64,000 bases of DNA from positions 9,165,544 through 9,229,543 of the forward strand of contig NC_057753.1 in the NCBI RefSeq assembly GCF_004010195.1. The letters run 5' to 3'. The translations under genes and the position numbers were made by a program. The notes below the pieces were generated by a model, which saw nothing but the letters and a program-made list of their open reading frames with translations, was not told the DNA's origin and did not search any database. Origin of the DNA: Chiloscyllium plagiosum. Lineage: Eukaryota. Positions 28,060-42,078 of this stretch are shown piece by piece. The stretch's first letter is position 1. Each line of letters begins with the position of its first letter.

Positions 28060-28350
28060 TGATTACACCACTGTTGGAATACTGCATGCAATTCGTGGCT
28101 CTCTGCTACAGGAAGGAGGTTGTGAAACTTGAAAGAGTTCAGAAAACATTTACAAGGATGCTGCCAGGGTTGGAGGGTATGAGCTACAGGAAGACGTTGA
28201 ATCGACTGGGTTCATTTTCCCGGAAGTTTTGAAGGTTGAGGGGTGACTTTAAAGATGTTTATAAATTCATGAGGGCATGGATAGGGTAAATAGGAAAGGT
28301 ATTTTACCTGGGGTGGGAGAGTCCAGAACTAGATTGCTTAGGTTTAAGGT
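28060..28350 (+). mobile_element. CR1/HER1 LINE fragment
   Basis: TTGGAATACTGCATGCAATTC...AAACTTGAAAGAGTTCAGAAAACATTTACAAGGATGCTGCCAGGGTTGGAG. Confidence 0.8.
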
Positions 28351-29914
28351 TATTTGGCAAATGGAGTTTAATATAGCTAAGTATGAGGTCTTACATTTTG
28401 TCTCGTCAAATCAAGGTTGAATTTACATGGTGAATGGTAGAACCTTGAGTGTAGTTGAACAGAGGAATTTTGAAGTTCAGGTTTTGGCACACTGGACTTC
28501 ATCAGTGAGGGCATTCAGAATAAGATACCAAATTAGAGGCGAGATATGCACCATATATTAACGTCTACCAACAAGCACCAAATCTGTTTCATATGCAGTA
28601 TTTTGAACCAACAGACCTAGGGTTGCGGGTTATTAGCTCCTAGAAAATGGAGTCGTGGGTAGACAGGATGGTGAAGAAGGCTTTTGGCATGCTTGCTTTT
28701 CTTGGTCAGAGCATTGAGCACAGGAGTTGGGACGTCTTGTTGCAGCTGTCACACATGCCACACAACAACGATAGGCGTGACGCTGCCCCCTCTGACTGGC
28801 TGTCCCTTTGAATATCTGGGGGAAGATTAGACGCACCTGCCTGTGTTTGGCTCATATGTACTTATCCAAATAATTTTAAACATTGTAACATGAGCTGCAT
28901 CCATCACTTCCTCTGACAGTTCATTCCACACACGAACCACCTTCAATGTAAAAAACGTTTGCCCCCCACTGTCCTTTTTAAATCTTCTCCCTCTCATCTT
29001 AAAAATATACTCCCAAATTTTGAACTCCCCTACCCTTCGGGAAAAGACACTGGTTATTCACCATATCTTTGTCCCTCATGACTTCATAAACCTTCATAAC
29101 CTCCACCCTCAACCTTCTACACTCCAGTGAAAATAAGGCCCAGCCGATGCCGTCTATAAATCATTCTGGCAACATCATAGTTAAAAAAGGTGAGCTTTCA
29201 GAATTGACTGAAAGGGCAGTGAAGATTCAACCAGCTAACAGTGAATCTGAAATCACATGTCGATCAGACCCGGTTAGGACAGCAGGAAACCAGAGAAACT
29301 TTTACAACAAACCACAACGATTTCATCATTAGACTCTTAATTCCAGATTTATATTGAATTCAGATTCCACCATCTGTCATGGCAGGTTCTGAACCCAAGT
29401 GCCTAGAACATTACCTGGGTGAATAGTCTGGTGACAATAAAGTCGGACATCACCTCCCCAGAACACATTGGCATATTGTGTTTAGAGGTAACAGAGGAAC
29501 AAGAGGTTTCAGCAGCTTCTAAGTTGTTGACAATACACAAGGGAACATCAGCACTCTCAGAAATGGCACATACTGAAGCTAGGACTTGTTTCAGAGGTAA
29601 GGGTTCGGGAACCATAAGAAATAGGAATTGGAAAATGCCATTCAGCCCCTTGAGCCTGCTTCTCCATTCAATAGGATGGTGGCTGATCTGACTTTCCCAC
29701 ATCCACTTTCCTGCCCTTTTCCTGTAACTGTTCATCCCCTGAATGATCACGAATCTATCGATCCTCGTTTTAAATGTGACATGAAGGCTGTCAACAGAGT
29801 TACTGGGATGGGGGAGGGTGGAGCGTGGGGTCAGGTCGAACTTGGGAATTAAAACAATGGCTGAACACTTCACAATATTTAACTAAGGGAATGTTTATAG
29901 TTTACAGTTAAAAA

Positions 29915-30042
29915 TTCCTGAAGAAGGGCTCATGCCCGAAACGTCGATTCTCCTGCTCCTTGGATGCTGCCTGACCTGCTGCGCTTTTCCAGCAACACAT
30001 TTTCAGCTCTGATCTCCAGCATCTGCAGTCCTCACTTTCTCC
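29915..30042 (+). mobile_element. Solo Penelope-type terminal repeat with hammerhead-like core
   Basis: CTGAAGA-A-GGGC-TCAT-GCCC-GAAA-CGTCGATTCTCCTGCTCCTTGGATGCTGCCTGACCTGCTG. Confidence 0.7.
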
Positions 30043-30059
30043 GAGAGAATCCCATGGAG

Positions 30060-32035
30060 TCTCACAGAGTGACACAGATTTACAACACGGAAACAGACCC
30101 TTCGGCCCAACTCGTCCATGCAGCCCAAGTATCCTAACCTAATCGAGTCCCATTTGCCAGCACTTGGCCCAAATCCCCATAAAACCTTCCTATTGATATA
30201 CACATCCACATGAATTTTAAATGCTGTAATTATACAGCCTCCATCACTTACTCCAGCAGCTCATGCCGTACATGCATCACCCTCTGCGTGAAAAGTTTGC
30301 CCCTTAAGTTCCTTCTATATCTTTCCCCACCCCTCCCTAAAACTATGCCCTCTAGTTCTGGATTCCTCCATCGCAGGGAAAAGAACTTGTCTATTTGCTC
30401 TCACCATATCCCTCGTGATTTTATAAACCTCTATAAGGTCACCCCTTAGCCTCCGACGCTCCAGAGAAAACAATCTATTCAGCCTCGCCCTATAGCTCAA
30501 CCTTCCAACCCTGGCAAAATCCTTGTAAATCTTTTCTGCACCCTTTCTAGTTTCGCAACATCTTTCCGAAAGGAAGCAGACGAAAATTACATGCATATTC
30601 CAAACGTGGCCTGACCAATTTTTTGTACAGTGGCAACATGAGCTCCCAACATCTATCCTCGATGCTCTGACCAACAAAGGAAAGCATACCAAACGCCTTC
30701 TTTACTAACCAATCTGCCTGCGTCTCTACTTTTAAGGAACTATCAACCTAATTTTGGTGTCATCTACAAACTTGCTAACTATACCTCCTCCGTTTACATA
30801 CAAATCATTTATATAAATGACAGAAAGTAGCGGATCCAGCATCGATTCTTGTGAAGCACCATTGGTCACAGGCCTTCAGTCTGAAAAGCAACCTCCACCA
30901 CCACCCTCTGTCTTCTGCCTTCTTGCCAGTTCTGCATCCAAATGGCTAGTTGTTCCTGCATGCCATGAGATTAAACCTTGCTCACCAGTCTCCCATGAGG
31001 AACCTTGACGAATTCCTTCCTGAAGTCCATATAGATCACGTCCATCGCGCTGCCCTCATCAATCCACTTTGTACTTCTTCAAAAAACTCAATCAAATTCG
31101 TGAGACATGATTTCCCAAGCACAAAGCCATGCTGACTATCCCTAATCAATTCTTGCCTTTCCAAATACATGCAAATCCTATCTCTCAGGATTCTCTCCAA
31201 AAACTTGCCCATCACGGATGTCAGGCTCACCGGTCTATAGTTCTCTGGCTTTTCCTTACCACCTTTCTTTAATATTGGCACCATGTTAGCCAACCTCTAG
31301 CCTTCCGGCACCTCACCTGTGACTACTGATGATACAAATATCTCAGTGAAAGGCCCAGCAATCACCTGCCCAGTTTCCCACAGAGTTCTAGGGTACTCCT
31401 GATCAGGCCCTTGGGATTTATCCACTTTTATGCATTTCAAGATATCCAGTAATTTGTCATCTGTAATATGGACATTTTTTCAACATGTCACGATCTACTT
31501 TCTCACATTCTATATCTACCATGCCCTTCTCCACAGTAAACACTGATGGACAATATCCGTTCAGTATCTCACCCCCCGCCCCCAATCTACTGCAGCTCCA
31601 CACAAAGGCCGCTTTGCTGATCTTTGAGGGGCCCTATTCTCTCCCTTGGTATCATTTTGTCCTTAATGTATTTATAAAAACCCTTTGGGTTATCCTTAAC
31701 TCTATTTGCCAACGCTATCTCATGTCCCCTTTTTGCCCTTATGATTTCTCTCTTACGTATGCTCGTACTGCCTTTATACTCTCAGGATTCACACGATCTC
31801 TCTGCCGAAACCTGACATATGCATCCTTCTTTATCTTATCCAAAATCTCAATTTCTCTAGTCATCCAGCATTCCCTACACCTACCAGCCTTTCCTTTCAC
31901 CCTAACAAGAAGATACTGTGTCTGGACTCTTGTTATCTCATATCTGAAGGCTTCCCATTTTCCAGCAGTCCTTTAACCTGCGAACATCTGCCCCCAATCA
32001 GCTTTTGAAAGATCTTGCCTAATACCTGAGTCTTC
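30060..32035 (-). mobile_element. CR1/HER1 LINE, decayed ORF2 (RT) and 3' end
   Basis: ANMVPILKKGGKEKPENYRPVSLTSVMGKFLERILRDRI...DSQHGFVLGKSCLTNLIEFFEEV; LFSLERRRLRGDLIEVYKI. Confidence 0.93.
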
Positions 32036-32849
32036 NNNNNNNNNNNNNNNNNNNNNNNNNNNNNNNNNNNNNNNNNNNNNNNNNNNNNNNNNNNNNNNNN
32101 NNNNNNNNNNNNNNNNNNNNNNNNNNNNNNNNNNNNNNNNNNNNNNNNNNNNNNNNNNNNNNNNNNNNNNNNNNNNNNNNNNNNNNNNNNNNNNNNNNNN
32201 NNNNNNNNNNNNNNNNNNNNNNNNNNNNNNNNNNNNNNNNNNNNNNNNNNNNNNNNNNNNNNNNNNNNNNNNNNNNNNNNNNNNNNNNNNNNNNNNNNNN
32301 NNNNNNNNNNNNNNNNNNNNNNNNNNNNNNNNNNNNNNNNNNNNNNNNNNNNNNNNNNNNNNNNNNNNNNNNNNNNNNNNNNNNNNNNNNNNNNNNNNNN
32401 NNNNNNNNNNNNNNNNNNNNNNNNNNNNNNNNNNNNNNNNNNNNNNNNNNNNNNNNNNNNNNNNNNNNNNNNNNNNNNNNNNNNNNNNNNNNNNNNNNNN
32501 NNNNNNNNNNNNNNNNNNNNNNNNNNNNNNNNNNNNNNNNNNNNNNNNNNNNNNNNNNNNNNNNNNNNNNNNNNNNNNNNNNNNNNNNNNNNNNNNNNNN
32601 NNNNNNNNNNNNNNNNNNNNNNNNNNNNNNNNNNNNNNNNNNNNNNNNNNNNNNNNNNNNNNNNNNNNNNNNNNNNNNNNNNNNNNNNNNNNNNNNNNNN
32701 NNNNNNNNNNNNNNNNNNNNNNNNNNNNNNNNNNNNNNNNNNNAAATTCCTCTATTTGGCAGATAGGTAAATGGGCAGGAGTTATGCCTTGGGTCCACTC
32801 TTCATTCATTCCCATCAACCCTACCCCCATTCCCACCCCAATAGTCCAA

Positions 32850-33270
32850 CGGCACTTTCCCCTGCGACTGCCGAATGTGTGACACGAGCCCATTTACCTG
32901 CTCCCTCCTCTCTATCCAAGGGCCCAAACTTACCTTCCAGGTGAAGCGGCACTTAACCTGCACTTCCCACAACCCAGTCTACTGCATTTGCTGCTCACAA
33001 TGTGGTCTCATCTACATTGGGGAAACCGAAGCGTAAACGTGGTGACTGCTGCCCAGAACATTTACATTCTGCCCGCAAAAAAAGACCATGAGCTTCCAGT
33101 TGCCTGCCAATTCCACACCCCACCCTGTTCCCTGGCCAACATCTCTGTCTCAGGTTTGCTGTAGTGTTCCAGCGAAGCTCAGCACCAGCAGAACGAAGAG
33201 CACCGAATATTACACTTGGGGACCATACATCCCTCCGGTCCCAATATCGAATTCAATAATTCTCGGGCCT
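32850..33270 (+). mobile_element. Penelope-like GIY-YIG remnant (inverted copy at ~51835-52260)
   Basis: GTCTACTGCATTTGCTGCTCACAATGTGGTCTCATCTACATTGGGGAAACC translates as VYCICCSQCGLIYIGET. Confidence 0.78.
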
Positions 33271-33754
33271 GAAATCCATAGTATCCTCGTCCCTTCCACA
33301 CACACCAAGCATTGTTATCACGTAGTCTGTCATTACACACTACCTATTCTTAGCCAGGAACAGTCTCCATTCACCCTCCCACACGGATCATTATCAACTC
33401 CCTTTCCTGTCGAAAAGTTCTTCCCTCGCTTTGGGGTCTGTCCTGATCTGTCATTTATTGCATCCGCCTTCCTCCCACGATATCTCCTGCATATAAACCA
33501 ACGTTTTCCCGATCACCATCAGTTCTCTGGAAAGATCACCGGCAACTACTGTTTTTTTTGTTTCTGATACGCAGCGTCCGCAGTTCTTTCAGCTTTTTAT
33601 TGAGGTAGAGTTGGAAATTGTTTCGAGAGACAGAAGGAGAGGGGGGAGAGACAGAACAGACATGAACTGTTGATCTCCGTTGTCACGCAAAACGTAAAAT
33701 CATTCTAGTGCGATCACTTCCCTTAAGCATGAATAACTGCCTCGTGCCGTCCGT

Positions 33755-33826
33755 GAGTTTGTGACGCAACGGTAGCGCGTCCGACTGCAGATCAGGAGGT
33801 TGTGTGTTCCAATCCCGTCTTGCCCC
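33755..33826 (+). pseudogene. tRNA-Trp-derived pseudogene (anticodon mutated CCA>GCA)
   Basis: GAGTTTGTGACGCAACGGTAGCGCGTCCGACT-GCA-GATCAGGAGGTTGTGTGTTCCAATCCCGTC; inverted paralogue of 51278-51349. Confidence 0.75.
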
Positions 33827-35802
33827 CTGTAACCAACTTCTTACACTTCAAATCAAGAAAGGAGTACGTTCACTCCGGATATCTGTTGAGCCAAGTCTTC
33901 TTTCCTGAAACTTTCGATCACACGTGAACCTTTGCTGTCTGTTTGATTTGTGAACACTGTGTCAGGGAGGTGGTGTGCCCATTGTTTGGGTAAATGCTCA
34001 GCTCCCCCAGTTCATCACGGGATTTAAACACAGCCGTCTCCCTCTGGGCAGCCACTTCGTTCAGTTGGTGACAGCGCGGTGTGAATAACATAATACCGAT
34101 ACTTTTACAACATAGTCCAGAGACTCCCAGGTCGATGTTTCAATCTATCAGGAGAGTGACAGCGAGTTNNNNNNNNNNNNNNNNNNNNNNNNNNNNNNNN
34201 NNNNNNNNNNNNNNNNNNNNNNNNNNNNNNNNNNNNNNNNNNNNNNNNNNNNNNNNNNNNNNNNNNNNNNNNNNNNNNNNNNNNNNNNNNNNNNNNNNNN
34301 NNNNNNNNNNNNNNNNNNNNNNNNNNNNNNNNNNNNNNNNNNNNNNNNNNNNNNNNNNNNNNNNNNNNNNNNNNNNNNNNNNNNNNNNNNNNNNNNNNNN
34401 NNNNNNNNNNNNNNNNNNNNNNNNNNNNNNNNNNNNNNNNNNNNNNNNNNNNNNNNNNNNNNNNNNNNNNNNNNNNNNNNNNNNNNNNNNNNNNNNNNNN
34501 NNNNNNNNNNNNNNNNNNNNNNNNNNNNNNNNNNNNNNNNNNNNNNNNNNNNNNNNNNNNNNNNNNNNNNNNNNNNNNNNNNNNNNNNNNNNNNNNNNNN
34601 NNNNNNNNNNNNNNNNNNNNNNNNNNNNNNNNNNNNNNNNNNNNNNNNNNNNNNNNNNNNNNNNNNNNNNNNNNNNNNNNNNNNNNNNNNNNNNNNNNNN
34701 NNNNNNNNNNNNNNNNNNNNNNNNNNNNNNNNNNNNNNNNNNNNNNNNNNNNNNNNNNNNNNNNNNNNNNNNNNNNNNNNNNNNNNNNNNNNNNNNNNNN
34801 NNNNNNNNNNNNATGTCCTTGACCCTTACCACACACATACCAGCCCTTGTTATCACATAGTCTGCTACGACACACTACTTATTGTTAGCCACTAACGGCC
34901 TCCATTAACAGTTATTCACCCTCCCACACGGATCGTTATTCACTCCTTTGCCCCTCCTATTGTTCTCTCTCTGAGCTGGCGGGAAAGAGAGCAATGTACA
35001 CTGGAGACTCTGAGCCAGCTGAAACTTGCTCAGTGTGAAGTACATTCCAGTTTGCTCCAAGAATTGCAAGCAGCAAAGAGTTTCCTGAACATCTGCTTGT
35101 CATTCTGTCCCCGGGATGCGCTTTCTGACATGCGGATCGTCTTGTCGTTCACGTCGATACCGGCGTGGCGAACTACTGCAGGGAAGGCACGAAACCACAA
35201 GGTATGTGTTTCAACTTTATCAGCTCATTGGCATCTCAGAGAAGTGGTTTTGCGGTTCAGTTCATAGGAAACCGACGAAGAACAGGAGAAGACAACTTAG
35301 ACCTCCAAAAGCACGTTACTTGAACGGTTTCGCGACAGTATCGGTATGATACGGGTCATTCAGACACTCAGGAAGTCGTTTGAAAGGCAAGATGCTGAAC
35401 AGAGTACCATTACAAAGGAAAGTCGCACTTTACCTGCACATTTGTCGCAACCTCGTCTACTGCATTCGCTCGTCCTAGTGACTTTAAACCTCTTCCGAAT
35501 CACTGTAGATCCTTTCAGGCATGGGAGCATTTTCACAGCATTATTTCCTGTTTCTAGGCCCCTACTGACTTGGAAAACGTTGTTTCTCCGAGGAGAGCAG
35601 GCCCGATTTTTCAATCTACCTTTATTGCTGACATTCCTCAAACACCGCACCACTCACTTCAACCTGTCTCAACGCGATCTCCAACCATTTCACTTCCCTG
35701 TTTTCTGCCTCATTTGTACTCCAGGCAGCCCAATCCCCTTTTACGAAGGTGCTTTTTGAGAAAATTAATGGGGCATTTTTCACAAATCAAGTGAAGAGAC
35801 GC

Positions 35803-35892
35803 AGCCTCGTCTGGGATTTGAATCTAGGACCGTGCACAAGTCTGAACAGTTAAAGACTCTACCTGAGAATCATGCCCCGAGACCAACAAGCC
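35803..35892 (-). pseudogene. Intron-bearing tRNA-Pro pseudogene (18-nt intron 35839-35856)
   Basis: GGCTTGTTGGTCTCGGGGCATGATTCTCAGGTAGAG[TCTTTAACTGTTCAGACT]TGTGCACGGTCCTAGATTCAAATCCCAGACGAGGCT; flanks are homologous to the 1520-2070 cassette. Confidence 0.8.
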
Positions 35893-37239
35893 AAACAGCG
35901 GCTATTGCCCCACCCACCACACACCTCTTGAGCCAGCTGAGACTTGCTTGGTGTGAAATACATTTAACATTGCTCGAAGAATTGCAAATGACAAAGAGTT
36001 TCCAGAACACCTGCTTCTCATTCTGTCTCCCTGCTGCTGTTTGTCCCGTTGTTTCGAAACTTATCTCTGTCACCCGAGTCGCCAGTGACAAGCATTGTCC
36101 TCCTCAACGTCGGATACAGAGAACAGGAGACCACTCAGAGGTTGTCACCTCAACTGTGCACATCCAGTATATCATTGTGAAATACTTATGTCGAAGCTTT
36201 TTTGGGAAGCGGATGAGAAGGCAAGGTGTAGAACAGAGCGCCGTTACTGCTAAAGCTGCTAAAGACGACGTTGAATTAATAGGAGAGAATGGTTTCTCTT
36301 TTGGGTTATGGTCCCAACGCGCACGCGTTGTGCCATTCTCCCGCATTGCTGGGCAGTTTTTCCAGAGAAGTATTCAGCTTTTCATCTGGCGTGTGGCAGG
36401 CATGTTTGAGAATGACGTCAAAAGATCTTCACTGCTGTCGTGTCATATGCTATCGTGCAGACATATCGTCGATGTGCAAAAATAAACTCTGTCTAAATTC
36501 CCACATTCTGTTTTTCGAACTGTGATTTCGCTCAGAATCACTAATTATCAAAACTCGCAATATTCCAACTTTAACAAAGTGCTCATAGAAATGATTAGTG
36601 AACACGTGGAAGAAATTCTTCCGAACTTACCTGGGGAATTTCGCTTGGAGGGGTCTTGAACTTTAAGTGGAAGGAAGGGAAGTTTGCCTCGAGGCTGTTT
36701 AATGTGGAGATGTGTTCTCCATGTAAACTGGTCGTAGTTGACCATCCCAGTGCGTCCCGATGCAGGGCTGCCTGACCCCCAGGGAGGTTTACTTGTAGCA
36801 ACTGGAGTGAATCCAGAGTGGGAGCAGATTCTGCAAAGGTGCTCAAATACTTTCTATCTCTCTTTTAGGTATTTTCCTAGTGTGTTCCCTCAGTTTGGCA
36901 CGTATGCAGTTTGCACGCTGGAAAATGACTGCTTCTTTTCTCATGTTCACAATTAAAAGTGTAGTTTCTCATGGAACTGAGCCGTATTGAAAGGATTGGC
37001 ATATTGATAAATATATATATGTACACGTATTAAGTTTAAGATTAGGTTACGTTAGATTTGGATGAAGTTTTCCTCTAAACACACCTAAGCCTATCTGGCT
37101 GCATGAGGGATTTCAGGTTTCTGTGTGCTGGGTATTATGTGATCAGCAGGCATCTGGCAAACTGTAGGAACTGCCACCTATGTTATGTTCGTTTAAGTGT
37201 CCCGCCAATGATCACTTATTTTGTGATTTTTTTTTTGCA

Positions 37240-37920
37240 GGAAGACGTGCCGAAAGAAATCTGAAAACAAATGATACATCAACTTCTGACAGAACCACTT
37301 GATTCATTGGGACTTGAATATCAGCAGCCATTCCAATCAAGAAGACATGGTTGCTTTTGTTTGCTTGAAAGATTTTGGACACTGGTGCGGCAGGAAGAAT
37401 ACTGAGACACCGAGTGAGGGAGAGTCAGTGCGCTGACTGTGAAAAGTGCTTCACACCATTTACTCAGTTTTGGGGGAATCAAAGTCTCATCCCTCACGGT
37501 GCGGAGAGACAATGTCCCCGTTCTGAGTGTAATTTCAAACCCAGACCAACACAAGGAAAGCTCCCCCAATGGGGAAACTGGGGAAATGTGGTTGACTGTG
37601 GGAAAGGATACCCTTCCCCATCCCTGCTGGAAACCCACAGACGTGTTCACAGCGGGGAGAGGCCATTCACCTGCTCGGTGTGCAGGAAGGGCTTCAGTCG
37701 GATCAGCCATCTGGAGACGCACAAGTGGGTCCACAAGTGAGAGAAGCCATTCACTGCCCCATGTGCGGGAGGGGGTTCACTCAGCAGCTGCACTGCTGAC
37801 CCACCAGTGGGTCCACACCGGAGAGAGGCCGTTCACCTGCTGTCAGTGCGGGGAGGGCTTCACCTGCTCCTCCCACCTGGGGAGGCACCAGCGCGTTCAC
37901 GTGCCATCGCAGGGGGATGG
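37240..37920 (+). pseudogene. C2H2 zinc-finger terminal exon, decayed
   Basis: Poly-T-GCAG acceptor at ~37240; [48 protein letters not shown], then [29 protein letters not shown] in another frame. Confidence 0.88.
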
Positions 37921-38639
37921 AAGGAGCGATGGCCGAGCGCCGCTAACAACCCAGCTCTGGGGACACTCAGGTTCGAATCCCGTCGCGGCAGATGGCAGAA
38001 TTGGGATTCGGTCAGTAATCTGATCTTCAGAATCTAAGGATGAAACCATTTTCAGAGGGCAAAAACCCATCTGATTCACTCATGTCCTTTTCAGTGATGG
38101 AAACTGCCGTTGCGGGAAAGGATTCACTCAGTCGTCCCAGCTGCATGCTTTACCCGGCTGTACGAAGGATCCAGTTACAAAGGGACAACTCAACTGACCA
38201 ATAATAAAGAAAGTGTGGTGGGGGGGGGGGGGAGTGTGTGCACCTTGAGGTTGAGGTGCTTTTTTTTAAGAAAAGCTACTTTTTGTACGCCTTGTGATGT
38301 GGAGATCTGAAGCTGCAACAAAGTTGGGCAACAGGCTGAGGAGTGTCAGATAGAGTTTAATTTAGAGAAATGAGGTATTGCATTTTGGTTGAGCAATCCA
38401 GGCAGGACTGACAGTTAAGGGGAGTGTTGCTAAACAAAGATCTTTGAGTTGCAGGTAGATAGACTAGTGAAGAAGGCGTTTGGTATGATTTCCTTTATTG
38501 GTCAGAGCATTGAATAAAGGAGCTGTGAGGTCATATTGTGGCTGTACTTTGGTTAGGGTATTTTTGGAAACTACGTTAAGTTTTGCTTCCCCTGATATAG
38601 GAAAGAACTTATGAAACTTTGAAAGGGGCCTTGAGAATG

Positions 38640-39276
38640 TTTGTAAGGAAAACTTGTCCTTAAGCATTTAGACTAAAATGTAATGTTGAATTGTAGAACA
38701 CATTTGCTCCACACTAGAAAATAAACAGGCAGGGAGGGTAAGGCAATTAAGAACATTTTGCTTAACATCAGTGAATTTGTATAAACAGGATATTGAGTGA
38801 TCACATTCACGGCTGTTCCTTTGTGAAATGAATAAGTGTTTGATTCTGACCTCGAAATAAACTCAGTATCAATTACTTCTCTCCCGAATTATTGCCCTTC
38901 ACTGTTATCTGTCTAGATCAGAACATGCAGTGCTTTTGTAAAAATAAATTCCGATAAAGAAAACGTGTTTGCCACAGCACCGCCTTTGTAAAAAAAACTT
39001 GTGTATAAAGATAGTATACAGAGTAGCCCGCCAGGGCTCTTGGAAGAAGACCGATTGCTACTCTTCTGGGTTAATAGAATCCAGTTAGCTTGTCTTATAG
39101 GTATCAGTGTTATGTTGGAACGGTGATGGTATTAATGAAGGGGATAATTTAAAATTAAACTAAACTGTCTGTAAGAGTTTTATTTTTATTCCAGACTTCC
39201 AAAGAGTACGATCTCCGGGATGAACCAAGATAGGCTGACAGGTCTGAGTCCACAAGGGACTCCCTGGGCTGCCTCA
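38640..39276 (+). promoter_or_regulatory. Putative 5' LTR (start approximate)
   Basis: Begins where the CR1 similarity ends (TGTAAGG ~38642). TATAAAA at ~39004 and ATTAAA at ~39154; ends ...CCTCA at 39276, just before the PBS. Confidence 0.6.
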
Positions 39277-39279
39277 ATT

Positions 39280-39297
39280 TAGCACTGCAAGCAGGGT
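39280..39297 (+). other. Primer-binding site, tRNA-Ser type
   Basis: T(A/G)GCACTGCAAGCAGGGT; the minus-strand copy at 45755-45772 reads TGGCACTGCAAGCAGGGT, compared with the tRNA-Ser 3'-end complement TGGCGCAGCGAGCAGGGT. Confidence 0.65.
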
Positions 39298-40037
39298 TCT
39301 AACAAGGGCTACATTTGATTGAAACTGGAAAAGAGGAGTTCCATCGAAGGGTTAGACTCCAGACCAATGGGCCCATAAGGTAAAATTGTACCTTGATTAC
39401 TCTATGTCTACATCTGCGTGGTGTTTCCCCCATTTCACACTCTTGGTACCCTGACGGAACCCTAAATGAGATCGTTTAAATAGGACTTAAAAACAGAAAC
39501 TGTTAGGATTTTACAATGTTGAGAATGTTTTGCAGAAATCATTAGTCTTGTTGTTCATTGTCGGGTTGTTGATTAGTGAAAGTTTTAAGTCGAGATTATC
39601 TTCTCTGTTCAACTTGGCTTGTCTTGCTTTGCTGTTTTGTCTTGTTTGTTAGTAATGGTTTTGTTCTGTTGGGTGTTCTTCATTTATGAAATATAAAGGG
39701 TGGCTGCTGCTTTTGTCATGTACATAAAAAAAAGCTGGCCAGTGATACAATTCTTGCATACTTGGTTAAGCAACTATGTGCAACATCCAGGATTTATGAG
39801 ACATCTGGAATGTGAGTGCCTCATTTCTCTTAAAATGTTCATGTGTATGTACGCGTGTGAGAGACAGACAGAGACTCAGCACTGATTCCCTGCAGCTTGC
39901 AGAAAGTTTAATCCTGTGAGATGCATATTTGCATATTGGATGCATATTTGCTTGTTGGCGAATGAATGTTTGTGTTTGTATTTTGGAGCCCTTGTTGATC
40001 AGTAGTTTTGTGAAGATTTAAAGTAGGTCGGATAACT

Positions 40038-42078
40038 ATGAGTGGGCCCCTAGATAAGATTGAAGACAAATGTCCCCTAACAGAAATAACAAGTCTATAT
40101 CCTTAATTATGAGAAACAATTAAGGAGAATATCAGCTGCAGCTGCTCAACAGAATAAGGATTGGTTTCAAGAAGGCACACATGATTTAACTCTATTCACT
40201 AAAATTGAACAAGGGATTTGGGAAAAAAGAAAGGGAAGTAAGCAGAAAGAAGTCCTATCAGAGTGGAAAAGGGTAGCTCGGAGAAAAATGGGAAACATCC
40301 ATGCAATCATCATGGAGACAAAACTGTATTAAAAGGGGAATTAGTCCATTAACTGAGGAAGGATGTGAACGAAATTGAACAGAACTAAAACATAAATGTG
40401 AAGCACATGATTCAGAAGCAGAATTGGAATAGGCAAGGGAGAAATTAAAAAAAACGCGAAGATTCAGAATCTACGTTGAAACGTCAAGGGCACCAAAGAA
40501 AAAGGAAACTGGTGAATAAACAACAGACGGCAATTGCAGCTGCGCAGGACGAAGCTGACAAGGACTGTTCCTTATACCCCACCCTCCCCTCTTCCAAAGA
40601 CCCATTACAAAAGAATCCTGATCAGTTTGTAGATGGTGGGGGGATACTGATTCGGAGGAGGAAATATTTTATGCTTCTAATCCTGTCAGCTGACCACCTC
40701 CGGTTCCCTGCCTGAACCCTCTCCCCTTACTCTGATGACGAACGTGCCAAGGCTCATGACCTTCCCCCAGCTGTCCTGCCGAATAAGAATTCGGCTTACC
40801 ACAAACCCGTTGCCTACTGTACGAGGAGTCAATTAAAATTAAAACCTGGAAGAAACACTGAAGAGACTCCTTTTGATTTCCACTGCCCCTAAACTAATAA
40901 GTCCCGAAGCCACTGGTGATTTACAATCAAAGTCTCGGGACCTTAATATCAGATCTTGCACTCACCCTGATGTGGGAGGGCCAAAAAGAAATTTCCCGAA
41001 TAGAAGAGGTTCCTAACCCACAGGCTCTGAAACCGGGACAAGCCCAATTTATGGATCTTTATCAACCATGGCAACCTCATGACTCTCAAGCATTATCAAT
41101 AAGGCTACAGATTTTGGAAGGAATCCTCAGGGATCTGTTAATTACATAAATAGGACTAAGTCCATTTATAATGCTGCCTCCCAAGACCAAATTCACCTCA
41201 GAATGCAGCTTTTTGCCTGAAAAATGGGCGAGTTCTGAGAAATTTTACAAGGTAATAATCATACCCAGCTGGTAGTCCGGCACCCGGCGGAAACTATCAG
41301 ATTGGATTATTACCTGTCTCCCCTATCAAGCAGTGCATCGTGTAGTTGATGTGGGTAAAGTCTTAACATGTAAACCCAGCTCAGGCAAAGAGGCTGAGCA
41401 GTTCCTTACCCGTTTTAAGGAATGCTATGGTGCTTCCTCTGGTGACGCTAACTACCTACAAGGGTGATCATCCCAATTTAATGCCCTATGTATGACTCTT
41501 ACCTGAACAGGTACAGAAAGCTATTAAAACCCACAATAATCACCGGCAAGATGCTGAGGTTGCACAATTCAGCCGAGAGGTTTGTTACTTCTGAGAACGA
41601 AAGGATCCCAAGAGTAAGGCTACCATCGGCACGGTCAAGACAGAACTTGCCCAAACTACAGTGGCTAAACTTAAACCCAGGATTCAAAGTAGACCTTTTC
41701 GTCTGCAAGGTCAGTCAAGCTAGCAAATGAAACCCTCATACTATCGTCCAGTATGGCACTTCAGTAGAAATGGTACTGTGTATTCACAACATCCCAATGG
41801 ACCTTGCGGTCCTCCTATGTATCCTTCCCCAACAGTCCATGATGCCCCTATACATCCTCTCATTACTCTTCATTGCTTCCCCTACCCCCTAGAGTCCCCC
41901 AACAACTACACCTTTGTTTCAATTGCAGTGAACACGGACATTGGTCCAAGAACTGCCCTTTCCGTAGCAGTCCCTGGTTCATCACCGCAGTAAAAACAAC
42001 AGAAAAGCTCCTGGTCTCTCTCCCCAGTGACCTCAGCAGGTTGCCCTTTTTACTGCACAAAACCCTTTTCAAAACTGA
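40038..42078 (+). pseudogene. gag: ERV gag, decayed
   Basis: Starts MSGPLDKIEDKCP; zinc knuckle CFNCSEHGHWSKNC (CX2CX4HX4C) at 41915-41956; TGA at 42076 is in frame with the protease. Confidence 0.75.

Noticed and set aside
33755..33826. Possible Trp-to-Cys anticodon-switched tRNA (GCA)
   Set aside because: A box, B box and acceptor stem are all damaged; simple decay is the better explanation.
34050..34160. tRNA-Ile(AAT)-like 5' half (TCAGTTGGTGACAGCGCGGTGTGAATAAC) with a possible distant 3' half
   Set aside because: Too degenerate to call by eye, and adjacent to a gap.
37917..38110. A/B-box sequence after the zinc fingers (TGGCCGAGCG...GGTTCGAATCC)
   Set aside because: No cloverleaf; it continues into sequence like the SINE at ~7800, so it is treated as a SINE head rather than a tRNA.
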